A DNA stretch of 64,000 nt from Laetmonice hystrix (taxonomy: Eukaryota). Shown piece by piece: positions 48,961-61,905 of the stretch. The stretch's first letter is position 1, and each line of letters starts with the position of its first letter. The translations under genes and the position numbers were made by a program. The notes under the pieces are model-generated. The model saw only the letters and a program-made list of their open reading frames with translations. It was not told where the DNA came from and did not search any database. Where the stretch lies: assembly GCA_965235115.1 (NCBI GenBank), contig OZ249436.1:13394001-13458000 (forward strand). The letters run 5' to 3'.

Positions 48961-50211
48961 ACATATTGCATCTTTTTTATTATATCTTATAAACGGAAAA
49001 TAAACGAACATGTTTTTCAAATTCCTATTTAATAACTTGTCATTCAATATGAAAAAAGAGAAAAATTACCATTGAACAAAAAAGGAAAGTTTTTTTCTTC
49101 AACCTTGGGAAGCTACAAAATGAGAGACCAGCTGGTCCCTGGAAGAGATTCAGACAATTTTCAAGAAACAATAAAACAATACTGCACTCTACAATCCATG
49201 CCTAAATTTAAAGGAATATAACTGCACGTTCTGTTAAAAGACCTTTTAAAACATTACACAGAGGTAATTTAAGCCTATCTTCTTCTTCAGATATCGTAAT
49301 TTCGGTTTCAATGTAATTTGGTTTTTCTAATACACCGGTTTCTAACCTCACACATACATCTGCTAAAAAAGTAGACCTAAGTAGCCACAAGTTTGAGGAG
49401 AACGTCTCTAATTTACTACAGTCCACTAAAGATTTCTATGGCATTACCCTTCTAATTTCTATCTATATTTCTAATTTCTATTGATTATTAGGCCTATAGC
49501 GCTAACAATTATATTCCTGCTTTTCCCTTGTTTTGGAGGCAATCCATCCATCCATCCGGCTAAGTAAGTTCACATGTAGACTCTATGTTTATTTAATTAC
49601 TTTGCAGGCCCATTTGGGGATAACGAGGCTGAGTCTAGTACAGTAGTAGCGAGCTTATTTAATAGACATTACTTTATTTGACCGGCTGATTAAAAAACAA
49701 GGTTGATTGAAGTATTTATTCTGACCAGCAGATGCCAGATTATGGCATTGGGGGGGGGGGGGGGGGGGGCTGCTGTGTGTCACTATTCACAGTCACTCTG
49801 AGTCAGTGGAGACTGTACTGCTGGACTAGGCCTACTGTAGTGTATAAGTAGTAGACTAAGTAGTACTACTATTGGTACTAGTATAGCCAAAGAATTCTGC
49901 TCTGTGCTAGTACTAGTACTACTACTACTACTACTAGGCCTAGTACGTATCACTATATTATATAATCACCAGTGTCGACACCACTATCACTCACTGACTA
50001 TCAGTGACAGTGTAGACTGTAGGCTACTCACTTACTCAAGTTAATACTGTTGACGTGTTGTTACTGTTATGTTACTTACGACTAGTGACCACAGTGTTAG
50101 CCTGGCTAACTTTGGAAGTTTGGTAAATACCACCTATTTTGACAGGATTTTATTTGATAAAAATTGACTAATTACCGACACGAAACAATATTATGTTTGG
50201 GTTAGAGTTGA

Positions 50212-50705
50212 GGTTAGGCCTAGGGCTAGTCTTAAGCCACCCTGACACTTGCACGATTTTTGTCTCCGCAATGCCATGCAATGCGTTGTGGCAAGGTGGT
50301 ACGCAGCGTGAAGCCCTGTTTGCACCCGGTTCGCGCACTGTACTTAGTTACGGACTGTCTACGCAATGCGCTGCCAAAAATTGGCACGCATTGACATGCA
50401 ATGGCACGACTTGTTTATGCATAGGTTAAGTATTGTTCGCGCATTGTTCCGCAATGTCACGCTGTCTTCACACATTGTCACGCACCGTCAGCAGTGTTCA
50501 CGCCGAGTTGGCACAGTGTTCATGTATGGTTCATGCAAGTGGCACGCACATGGCACGAACGTTGATGCCAAATTTGTTAAACATTTTGAAATTCTCTCTA
50601 CAACATGCCATGCACCCCCACACCCTTCACACTCTCCTCACGCTCATTCCCAAAGACTTTAATCATTGGCATGCCGAAGTGCGTGGCATTGCGGGAACAA
50701 AAACA
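50212..50705. mobile_element. MITE-like element with partial terminal inverted repeats
   Basis: ttttgtctccgcaatgcca near the left end versus tggcattgcgggaacaaaa near the right end; GCAC/GCAT-rich interior. Confidence 0.5.
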
Positions 50706-51924
50706 AAAAGTTTAATCTCAAATTGGTTAATTAATTCCAAAACCACTAGTATTAGTAAATTAGTAAAAGGTGCCAAATAGATAATCCGGTCAAAATAAGG
50801 CAATTACACATCCCCAAAAGAATTCTAACCACTGTCAGGAATAGAAATTGGCACCTCCCAATTTTTTCGTTTGTGTCCAGACCCTTTTTTCGAGCAACGA
50901 GCGGCCTCTAGTGGGGAAAAAGGTTCTGGTGATTGAGACCAGGTGGGGGATGTCGTTGTGCTACACCCCTTGACACCCCTCATGTTTAAGCTGTGCATTG
51001 ATATAGGCCTATAATGGGCATGAGGTTGCCTCCTCTGCATACAAGTAGAACCACACTCTCCAACGACGGCGGCCTACTGACTCTTCACTCTGCCACCAGG
51101 TCCCGCACTACTTCTGTGTAAGGATCAAGTTCCTGACTAATTCTGATCATTTACAGCATTTATTTGCCTCAAATCTTACATCTTAAATCTTACATTTCTA
51201 GTTTTGTTAAATGCAGATCTTTTATTTCAATTGACTTAATTTTCTTTTATCGGTGTTAAATGAACTGGCACTATATGTCAGCCAGAATGACAAGTGATGA
51301 GGCAGCCAGTGCTAGTGCCATAAGAGGCCCGTACAAATGAGGTCAAGCATACGCAGTAGGAACTAGTAGTAAGGAAGAAATTCACAGATTCCTCCTCATG
51401 AGTATGCCTAAGTATTAAAGCAGTCGTGTGGAGATGAAATTTAAGCTGTTAACCATCTTTGACCTAGATCTCCAAAAGGTCAAAGGTCAGAGGTCAAATT
51501 CAGGTAAATGATGATTAATGCCTAAGTGACTAATATAAAACTATCATGGAGATTGCTTCTACTGGTCCAGAAATTCAAGAAATGAGCCCTCCTTTGAGAA
51601 ACTTTAACACGTCATAAGTCAGTGACGTGACGTCATATGATAAAGTCAGTCAATAGCTGGTAATTTTAGTGGATGATGAATGTTCATGACAATATCTCCA
51701 GGGATAACCGAGATACAGCCATAGTCTTACTACAACAATAATCAGAAGAAGACGAATAGTGTAGACGAAACCCAGTAACTTCAAAATCCCTTTTCCCCTC
51801 TTTTTTTTTTTTGGGGGGGGGGGGGATAATTAGGGTACTAGTCTTGCAACCTAGGCCTACATCCCCTAACAATACTGAGTAAAACATATCGATCAATCTG
51901 AACAATATGCAATTAAATACTAGT

Positions 51925-52250
51925 CAGGGTTCTCGCCAGAAATTTTTGACAGCGTAGTGGTCAAACCAAGCGCAGAGCCCTGGTTAGGAGTATGGGAGGG
52001 GCGACGCCCCCCCCCCAGTTCGGGTAATTTAGGCTATATTAGTGGTAAATACAAACAAATATGGCCGCCCTACATATGAGTACGATTTCGACATGTTCGA
52101 ATGACATTTTACCAGTATTCCTGTGGGTTCTGTTGAATTTAGACAATGCTTTACCGCTACGCTGTTCAAGAGACAACGTAACGGCAGCATAATTTCCCTG
52201 ATAGACAGCGTAGCGGCCCGCTACGCTGAAAATGGCTGGTGAGAACCCTG
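51925..52250. mobile_element. Complete MITE family B copy
   Basis: TIR CAGGGTTCTCGCCAG...CTGGTGAGAACCCTG, flanked on both sides by CTAGT. Confidence 0.85.
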
Positions 52251-52837
52251 CTAGTAATGTATAACTTGATCAGTTGTTATTATGTAGACATTCGCTTGCA
52301 CTACAAGACATTTGAGAGCCCACAAATCTGTAAAGACAATTAGAACTTCCAATTTGTTAGACTATTATAAGAGTACTGCATGGTTCAAAGCTGAGTAGGG
52401 CCTACAGTACAATCATATATATTCCTACTGTATTTAAGACGTTAGATCTAGGAACAGGGGATTTTCTTCAACCTCTGTGGAACAGGAATTTACGGGATAA
52501 CATAATGGTAGCTGCAGAATTATGTGCTGGAAAAACAAGTTTGTCTCTGCCACCTCGGGGAACAAATTGGGAGAAAAAAAGTTTAGTTTTCTGTTGTGGA
52601 GTGTTGGAAGTAAAAAAAAGTGGAATTTATTCTTCAGTATAGAAATATTGCACCGATAGCCTAGATTTTTATGACCAAAAAAGGGGGGATCCGGACCCCC
52701 CCCCCCCCCCCCCCATTCCATCTGCCCCTGAATAGGTAGTGTATATTTAGCCGGCAACGGTCGGGTAAACATCATGTAGGCCTAGCCATAGCCCAGCCAG
52801 CCGAGGGTCAAACGACTGTTGCACGGCTCATGCAGGG

Positions 52838-52934
52838 ACGTCGCCCCCTAGCGGGAGAACAGTGAAACGGAGCATTCGCATGCGCAGTAACGCTCAACTA
52901 ACTTCCGCTTCCGGGCGCTGACATCAACATGGCG
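52838..52934 (+). promoter_or_regulatory. Housekeeping-type promoter motif cluster: CTCF-like, NRF1-like (GCATGCGCA), tandem ETS (ACTTCCGCTTCCGG), YY1-like (CAACATGGCG)
   Basis: All motifs are visible in a CpG-rich 100-bp stretch ending at ATG 52929. Confidence 0.6.
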
Positions 52935-55378
52935 TCGTCCTGCATACTGTTTCTCGGACAACAATTTAGCAGTTACAACGAGATTAAAGATGCCATATCG
53001 AAGTTTCAAGAAGAGCAGCATGTGACATTTTGGAGGCGAGATTCACGGACGATAGAGAGGGCCCAAAAGATTGGCATCCGGTGTGTTCTTAACAATGATT
53101 TAGTGTACCATGATCTTCTGTATGCGTGTGTGAAAGGCGGCCGAAAGTACACAAGCAAAAGCGCAGGACAACGCCCAAATCAGCGGTAAGTTTTCAAATT
53201 TGTCACCGGTTACACAGAGTTCGCAGCGACTTGAAAAGTGCTTGAGTTTTCAGGCCTGGCTTGAAAAGTACTTGAATTTTGAGAGGGTCTTGAAAAAAGA
53301 ATTATAACCTGGCTTGAAAAGTGGTTGAATTCCTGTATTTTTATTTTATTTTAGCTTGATTTTTTTTTGGGGGGGGGGGGAGCAGTAACGAAGTCAGGGC
53401 TACTCCAACAAGTTAAGCCGGTTGCACATATATACCGACTACTTGACCCGGTTCAGATATCACAACCGACGACCGATATCACAACTGACGTCAAAATTTG
53501 ATAGTGATAGAAATGATAAAAGCTGTCGTTTTAGCCGGCTGAATATACATTCCACTACTAAACTAGCCGTTCTCACACACGGCCGGTCGCGATCTGGTAT
53601 CCGACCTGGTTGCACATATCCCAGTCACGACCCGAACAGCTGACTCGGTCGGGCAAAGTCTGACATGTCACATTGTCGGACTTTGCTTGACCGCCCGGTC
53701 CTGCCACCCAGTCGGGTCAGAATGTATTGCACATAATTATATATATAACGTTACCATTAACTTCTCATACCGGTGTCGCGCACTCAGATTTCTGTTGGTC
53801 TCAGAACTCTGGGGGCATGGTTTCCTATTGTTTATATGCTTTAATCTGACTAAATGAGCACCTCTGGTCGTCTGCTACCTGATGGACGGTGGAATTTTCT
53901 TCCAAACAAGAATAAACGACAGTCTTGATAGGCAAATTGTTGACCAAATGTCGCTGAGGAGATAAGACTAAGAGTTATTATCTGTGACTCAACTGAGACC
54001 TGATAATTCGGATAGTTGAACTAGCACATACAGCTATGAAGCTAACCTTCCGGAGATCAGAGACCACTGAGATCTGAGACAGCGACACCGGCACTCAATT
54101 TTTTCTGGGCACATCCTGATAAAGCCATGTCAAATGTCTGTAACAGCTACATGCTTTCATGTTCCCACTGTAACAAGCAGACGCTCCCATGTTTGGACTC
54201 TTAAAGTCCAACAGACATCCAAATTTACATGAAATTTAGTGCCAGATCCTGATGATACATGTCATTTGTTGTTGTTTAACTTAAAGGAGCGGTTATTGTA
54301 CAAGAATATGAACTGTGTGTAAGCCATTTTAAAGACCAATTCCCCTAGTGACGTCATCAGGGGCAATGGTAAAGAATAGGCAGGAGTGAGACTGTGATGA
54401 GGCGCGAGATTCGAGTTTTCAATATTTTTCTAAATTGAGAGGACTTTTCAGAAAACCTATCAGGGATACGGCTACAACTCAAAGTGATCTATCTAGATCA
54501 GTAAAGTTACCTATAAATGTGATGTCAGTTGCACTTTAAGAAAGTAAAGCACAGAATTGGCTTTGGGTCAAAACCTGGAAAATAAACTTCTCTAAAATTA
54601 TCCTTATAGGACCTTCCGAGATGGCTGTAAATCTTGTGTTCGATTTCGACAAAAGGGTGACAAGTTGGAGGTGGTGAAATTGGACATGAATCATAACCAC
54701 CCGGTGGATGAGGTAAGTAGGTCAAAGATTTAGAAAATAATATTAGCACAACATATTTCATTTTTTGCAGTGATAACGTCATGATATGGCAAAGATACTG
54801 GACAGAAAAAATGAGCATTTAATGCATGATGTGGACAAATGGGAGGTGAATAAATTCAAATGGAAAGGGTTTAAGCTAGGGGAATGTGAAAGTGGGCTAC
54901 TTCAAGGGGGATACTGGGCTGTTACTTCAAGGGGATACTAAACTTCTTGAAGGGGATGCCGATACTTTTTAAAAGGAAGATTTAGACAGAATTCCCAACC
55001 TTTCCAAATTTAGCGGAAATTTTCCGATCTTTACTCCTTTTCTGCCTTACCCTCTTAATTTTTCACAAATCTGCTGGATTTCTTTTGGTTTACAGCTGAT
55101 TTATCAAATCTGTAAAGGCATCATGTTATAAATATAGATAAATATAGATGTATATGATAAATTCCACTATTGTCTGTTTCCGTTCTGAAGTGCAACCTCA
55201 TATATTTCATATTTCCAGTTATCAGCAATAAATTTTCTACCTAAGAGGAAAGTAAGAGGGCGCCCCAAAGGAGCTGAGCTGACGTCTATTAGCCTGCCAA
55301 AGCAAAGAAGGAAAATTGGTGAAATCCGAAAGAAGCTTATTGCTTCTGCAAGGAAAACCCCTTCAGAAAAAGATGAAA
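52929..55378 (+). CDS. Mutator (MULE)/ZSWIM3-type transposase-derived exons: WRKY/FAR1-like zinc DNA-binding domain plus an RGRP AT-hook segment; no catalytic core
   Basis: Exons 52929-53185 (ends phase 2), 54610-54712 (phase 2 to 0) and 55219-55378 (phase 0 to 1) splice in frame: GQQFSSYNE...YACVKGGRKYTSKSAGQRPNQRTFRDGCKSCVRF...LEVVKLDMNHNHPVDE|LSAINFLPKRKVRGRPKGAELTSISLPK. All three donors begin GTAAG. Confidence 0.75.
53770..54091. mobile_element. Intronic MITE
   Basis: CCGGTGTCGC..CTCAGAT..TGGTCTC is mirrored by GAGACCA..ATCTGAG..GCGACACCGG. Confidence 0.7.
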
Positions 55379-56024
55379 GTAAGTAGACAAGCCAGACTGG
55401 CAGAAATAAGCAAAAGTGAAATGGTGGTTTGTTTCTTAACTGTTCACTGTTGAACATGCATGGCTTCTGGTTCACTTTTTGCTAACGCGGCATTGTAAAA
55501 AAAAAGTTCTGAGTGGACAGTGAAGTAATTGGTAATATATTGTGATAATGATTTGTCTTCATCTTTATCATGAAGTATGGAGACAACTCTCAATAGATTT
55601 TGTGTTGTTTCTTTCACCATGGTGCCTATCCTTGCCAGTATTTTACCACACTTTTGAAATGCAGTATGAATAGGAGTGCTAGGTCATTCTCAAGGCAGTC
55701 CAGTGTGTATTGTCAATGCCAACATGGCATCATCAGTTTCAGGTGAAACAGTCTGTAACTGTCAAAGATGGCATGCCTTTATACATACTGCTAAAATATA
55801 TTGCATCCTGAAGGGAAACACACAAACAAATGGAACAGTAGAGATTGAAAAGATTACTGTCTGCTACAGGGGTAGGACAAGGGGCCCGCCCCACGAAAGG
55901 GTTAAGGCAAGGCCTGTTCACAAGCTTGTTAAATGCGGATTTGATTGTTGAATTTTGTATATTCTCGTGTACTGTTGCAGTAATGTGATAAATCATAATG
56001 GAAGATGAAATATTTGACTATATA

Positions 56025-56797
56025 ATTTTTTATATTGTTACAGCTGAAGCCAACGGAGAACCAGTAGTTATAAAGCCAGATTTACCCATCACACCACACT
56101 ACCTTGCACTGCCACCCTTTCCGCAGCCAGTCCATGACAGCTATCATGGGATGATGGACATGACCTACCATCAAATAGCCCAACCTGTGTATGCTGCACC
56201 CTACCATCATCCTCTACATCACAGTTTTGTCAGTGAAGGTAAAATATACTGACCTGTATTCATTATTTATGCTCGGTTTTGTTTGGATAATGATAGAAGT
56301 TCTCCAGATATTCTGTGTACACAACGGCACAATTTTTTTCTCAATGTTTTGTTTTGTTTATGACTGCAAAACACCTGTACTGGGTATAACGTACAAATGT
56401 AGGGATCCTGAAGCTATGGTAACTCTAAATATTGTATATTGTAAAAGATGTGACAGGAGAAAGTTAACTGTTTCAATGACCCTGTTCATCCTCATCTGTA
56501 CCTATCTACATTTTGCAGAGCTTGTCCTGAAGGCACGTGTAGCAAACACTGGAGATTCTGATTTCATTGAGGTGGAGCTTCCTAGGACAAGTCTAACATA
56601 TGAGGCTTTACTCACTACCCTTTGTTGTGAACTTGAAGTTGACAAACGGTTGGTACAAAAGCTACGGAAACTGCCAAACACGGTTCTTCGTAAAGATAAA
56701 GATGTGGAGCGACTGTGGGACCTGCAGGAATTGGAGCTGGTACTTATAGCAGAGCAGTTAGCCAGCAGTCTAGAAATTAAGGGGGACCATCACTGCG
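56025..56797 (+). pseudogene. ANKRD40: Partial duplicate of ANKRD40 exons 3-4 with their intron (either a pseudogene fragment or the 3' half of a chimeric gene)
   Basis: Exon copies 56044-56238 (21-nt in-frame deletion) and 56519 onward are highly similar to 60226-60441 and 61604 onward. A 1-nt deletion near 56746 shifts the frame only after ELELVL. Splice sites are intact. Confidence 0.9.
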
Positions 56798-59197
56798 ACA
56801 AATGGAAAAGTAGAGTGTAGAGATTACTGTCTGCTACAGGGATGACCAATTCCTACTGCGAGTGGTTACGGGCCTGGTTAACAGTTTGTTGAAACTTAAA
56901 CTGCCTGATCCTTAAGAATTGTCCTCAAAGTGAAGAGACCATACTCTCCTACTCGGGCGTCATGGACGATCTCGGTGTCCCTGACCAAAATGGCTCACAT
57001 GTGGCCTCCCGTTTAGGGGGAGGCTCTGTGTTGTCCTCATCACTATCCCCTTTAACACTGATGTCGTGCTCCAGCTCCCTCGTGCATGGAGCTGGTCAGT
57101 GTTACTGGCCGAGGGCACACTATGGGGTCTAGAGTTCATTTTGAAACTCTTCGAAAGGTCCAGAATCTGAGCAAAATTATCACATTGGGCCTTTTGAGAC
57201 TTCCTAATTTCTAGGGCCAAATCAGTCAGGCTGCAGTTCATGGTCTGGAGTGAAGACGCAGTCATTGTTCTACCATGCTGTCCCTTCTGATGATGGAGCT
57301 CAGACTGCCGGAACGGCAGCAATTATTGTCGCTACTGTGGAGCCGTAGCTGATGCCGAAGTGCAGGGCTGCTCCCTCGCTCTGGCTGGATCCAGGGCGTG
57401 TGGCTGTTCCCCTGCTCATGTTATTGTTAACACGCTGGTCATCCCCAATGCCATTATTCCTCTGTGTGACTGCCAGCTGTGATTTCTTGCGCTGCTTGTC
57501 GGTAGCTGTGTCACCTTGGCTAGTATTTATACTGCATTCTCCTGAAACGTCGTTCTGGCCCCTGTTGGCCAGAATTGTGCCAACTAGGTCAAACTTTTGC
57601 AAACCCTTGTTGAGTGTGGAACTTGTAGAGTGCTCGCATATGTAACAAAACAATAAACAATAAAACCAGATATACTACAGAAATGTCAGCGTTATTTTTC
57701 CCTAATCCATTGTTTTTGAAGTCTTTCTTGAAGGAGTCTGTTCATGCTGGTGTAATGACGTACATCTCTCCCTCCATAGCATGAAAGAATTCTTGGTATT
57801 TTGGCATAGTTATTTATGCAATGAAACAAGCTTCTTTTGAAACAAGATTTTTTTTAAGAATGGTGATTCCAGGCCATGGAAAGCCTTGAAATTTGAGCCT
57901 ACCATGATAATTTCCTGAAAAAGCCTGGAATTTCACCCTTTCCATATTTAAAAGGTCACTGGCACTGCTATTTTTTCAAATCCTTCACTTTAGGTGCTAT
58001 GTTTAAGTCATAGAATATAAGACATTATCCAGGTGGATTTCTGCGAATTAATTTCGGTGTTCTTTTGGCTCAGTGAGGTGATTTCCTGCAGCAGACAGTT
58101 CACGATTCATAGTACCAGGTATTTCATGATAAGAAAGTCCTCAAAATAGCTTGAAGTTTTCAACATGGTGTCTGTAGTAGCCTGGAATTCTGTCTGCTCT
58201 ATGGGGTACCCACAATGTTTGGTAGGAAAAATTCTCAGTGTAGGACCTATTTGATATTTCACTTACTCCCTGTTCTGATAATCTTCGTTTACTGACCCTG
58301 AAATACCAAATCTGAATTCTGTTGCTTTCCATTGGTTTAATTCTCGTTCTGTGTGAACTTAGCCCACTTAAGACTTAGCTATCTAGCCCCCCCCCCCCCC
58401 CCCCACTCCAAAGCCAAGGGAACTCCAGGGAATGGGAAATACACACCTATGTTTATAATGTATTTTCTCTTAAGTGTTCCAGATCAGGTATCCATACTAA
58501 ACTAGGCCCAATTAAAACCTATGCCATGACTGCCCCACCCCACCAACATCTTTAAGAGCTCTGTAGTTTTCACATTGTGGGAACAAACGGTCACATGTCT
58601 TGGTCGTCGGCGTATATGTTACTGAGCAGACACCTAAAGATGTCGGTACTCCTTTACAAGAAAGGTAACGGCCCTAATATCAAGCATATGATTTGTAGAT
58701 TGCGTTCAGTCTCTGAAAAAATGGAATTTTTGATTCTAACAAAACATTTCTGAACAGAACCAAAAAAGTACGGTAAAACGGAATTTGGTGGGATTTGGAA
58801 AACAGAATTTGGCAAAAGATAACACAGCAACTGCAGTGCTGTACCATCCTGGAACCATGGCGTAACGTTTGCTTGCTTTGCTGCTTACAGACAGCTAAAA
58901 CCGGGTTACCGGATGGTCTGTACATCTTGCTATGTAATTCCAGCTTAGCGAACTAAAAAAAGGTACCATGACCTCCCCTAGGGCAAGGGCATTATGCACC
59001 TAGTAGGTTACTGCCTGGCAAAGTGTGGTGGATCAGGTACTGAACTTTGCACAAAAGTATACAGGATGGTAAGATTTTTTATTCGCAGTTATATTGAAGC
59101 CATCTAGCAGTAGCAGTATCTGCTATGCAGTTTTCATAATGTAAATTATGCCTGAGACAGGTTTACTAAATAACTGCATTATTTAGATTTTCAGATA

Positions 59198-61905
59198 ATG
59201 GATGGGATAAATCAACAAGAGGAAAAGTTGCGTGAAGCTGCCTGCGTTGGCGATGAAGATACCGTTAGGACACTTATCGAAAAGGGAGTTGATATCGACT
59301 CGCAAAATGCCATGAATGGATGGTAACTTTTCAACCTTTTGTGAATAGATGTGTAATTAAAGCACCGTTGTTATGGTCAGAACTTGAGCTGTAATAATGG
59401 TAGAAACATTGATTCCTGTTGGCTGGATTGTCAAAAAAAGAAGTGAATCTGGAAACTGCAATCTCCACTAAAGGCCCAATATCGACATATATTTTACTTC
59501 TGCTGTGTCATAATTTGGGCTTTTACCCCCTCATTCTAGAGTAAAGTTTGGTACTTTCGAAAATGGTGAACTCTACATTAACGTGTACCTTACCTTTCAA
59601 GTTATGGTGTAATGCAAAAAGATATTATTTATAAACTGCTTTGCAATGCAGGACTGCACTTCACTGGGCTGTAAAACGAGGACATGTGAGCCTTGTGGCC
59701 TGGCTGGTTCAGCATGGTGCCAACCTTGCTGTAACAACATCAAAGGGAGAGACTGCCCTACAATTGGCAGATGACCCCCGCCTACGCACCATACTTGGAG
59801 GTACAGTTAAACTAACTACTTCAAGGATTCCACTTATTAATAGAACTTACACATGTTACATCTTGCCATTTCTAATCTATTATGTTAATTATGAGTTTAA
59901 AAATTGCATGACAAATGACCAAGAAAAAACAAATATTGGAGCCACAAGGACTTAGTTTTCTTGTAAAGACAAATGCCGTGAGGAAAAGGTTGCACAAATT
60001 TTTAGGGATGTTTGCAATGAAATGTAATAGGCCTAGAATGTGCCTGGGAACATGTTTTAAAGATAGATGTATAAGGTATGGTAAAATAAATGATTTTTCT
60101 CTAGCCTGTCATTGAGGGTCTACTGATAAAAAAAACTTGGAAATGTATGCATGCCAGGCATTTTCTTTGTTCTTACGATGTGCATGTTTTTTCACTCCTC
60201 CATATTATTTGTTATATTGTTACAGCTGAAGCCAACGGAGAGCCAGTAGTTACAAAGCCAGATTTACCCATCACACCACACTACCTTGCACAGCCACCCT
60301 TTCCTTATGCAACTTCCTCAAGCCAGAAGCCAGTCCGTGACAACTATCATGGGACGATGGACATGACCTACCATCAATTAGCCCACCCTGTGTATGCTGC
60401 GCCCTACCATCATCCTCCACATCACAGTTTGGTCGATGAAGGTAAAATACTGACCTGTATGCATTATTTATGCTCAGTTCTGTTTGGATAATGATATTCT
60501 GTTTGTACACAATGGCTTCTAATTCACCCTTCGTACAGACGTAGGTATGTCTGTAGACAGCAATTTCTCAGAAGTGTATGCGTCAATTTCTGTGAAAAAT
60601 TACAAAATGATCAGGGACGATCAGAGAATGGAGGATGATGCACATCAAAAAGATTTTTGATAGTATTCAAAATGGCTACTTGGTGGCCATCTTGGATGAG
60701 CAATGGCTCAGCAAAACACTCACAATATCTTTCAAACCTGGTACAGGGAGTAGGCAATAATGATGGCCAATATACATTTTCAGTTCAGATCCAAAATGGT
60801 AAGATGGTAGCCATATTTGTTTTTTGAGCCCCCCCCCCCCCCCATGATACTGTTTTGGCTCATATTTTAAAAAACGTGAAAGTTAATGGCATAGGTAGGA
60901 AGTATATATGAACTTTCATTTGGCACCATTTCCATGACCCTAGGTGATCTATTAAGGTAAAACAAGGTCATGCATCTTTTCAGTGGTTCACATCTCCAAA
61001 ATTATGTAAGATAAGCACATAATTACTATTGAACATGGATAGGAAGTCATATATGAAGTTTTATTTGACAGTATTTTCCTTTACCTCAAGTTAAGGTCAA
61101 AGGTTTTTTCAATGGCTTGTATCTCCATAAGTTGAAAATAATATTGAACATGAAAAGGAAGTCATATGAACTTTCATTTGATGTTACATTTGTTGTATTT
61201 TCCATGACCTTGGCTGATCTGGGTCAAACAAGGTCATGCATATTTCCAATGGCTCATATCTCCAAAATTATTTAGGAAGCACATAATTACTATTGAACAT
61301 GAATAAGAATATATGACGTTTCATTTGACAATATTTTCTTTGACCTTTCTTGACCTTGAAAGATCAGTTGAAGTCATGCAACATTTCTTCAAATTCAAGA
61401 CCCCATAGCCCTTGGTGGGGCTATAAGTTTCACAACCTTGTTTCTTAACATTTCGTCTTATGACTGCAAAACACCTGTACTGGGTATGACTTACAAATGT
61501 AGGGATCCTGAAGCTATGGTAACTCTAAATAGATATGACAGGAGAAAATTAACTGTTTCAATGACCCTGTTCATCATCATCTGTACCTATCTACATTTTG
61601 CAGAGCTTGTCCTGAAGGCACGTGTAGCAAACACCGGAGATTCTGATTTCATTGAGGTGGAGCTTCCTAGGACAAGTCTAACATATGAGGCTTTACTCAC
61701 CACCCTTTGTCGTGAACTTGAAGTTGACAAACGGTTGGTACAAAAGCTACGGAAACTGCCAGACACGGTTCTTCGTAAAGATAAAGATGTGAAGCGACTC
61801 TGTGACCTGCAGGAATTGGAGCTGGTACTTACTAGCAGAGCAGTTAGCCAGCAGTCTAGAAATTATGGGGGACCATCACCGCGACATATTGATGTTGTGT
61901 ACTAA
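59198..61905 (+). CDS. ANKRD40: Ankyrin repeat domain-containing protein 40, 263 aa
   Basis: Exons 59198-59322, 59652-59800, 60226-60441, 61604-61905 are in frame. EEKLREAACVGD...DSQNAMNGWTALHWAVKRGH...TSKGE; P.YL..PPFPY; ELVLKARVAN...DFIEVEL...LTYEALL...KLRKLPDTVLRKDKDV.RL.DLQELELVL. Confidence 0.93.
60515..61450. mobile_element. Intronic insertion with about 120-130-bp internal subrepeats rich in TGACCT/AAGGTCA
   Basis: Absent from the duplicate intron (56239-56518). Repeated aggaagtcatat..tttcatttg..ttccatgacc..aaggtcatgca units. Related sequence at about 16890-17120. Confidence 0.75.
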
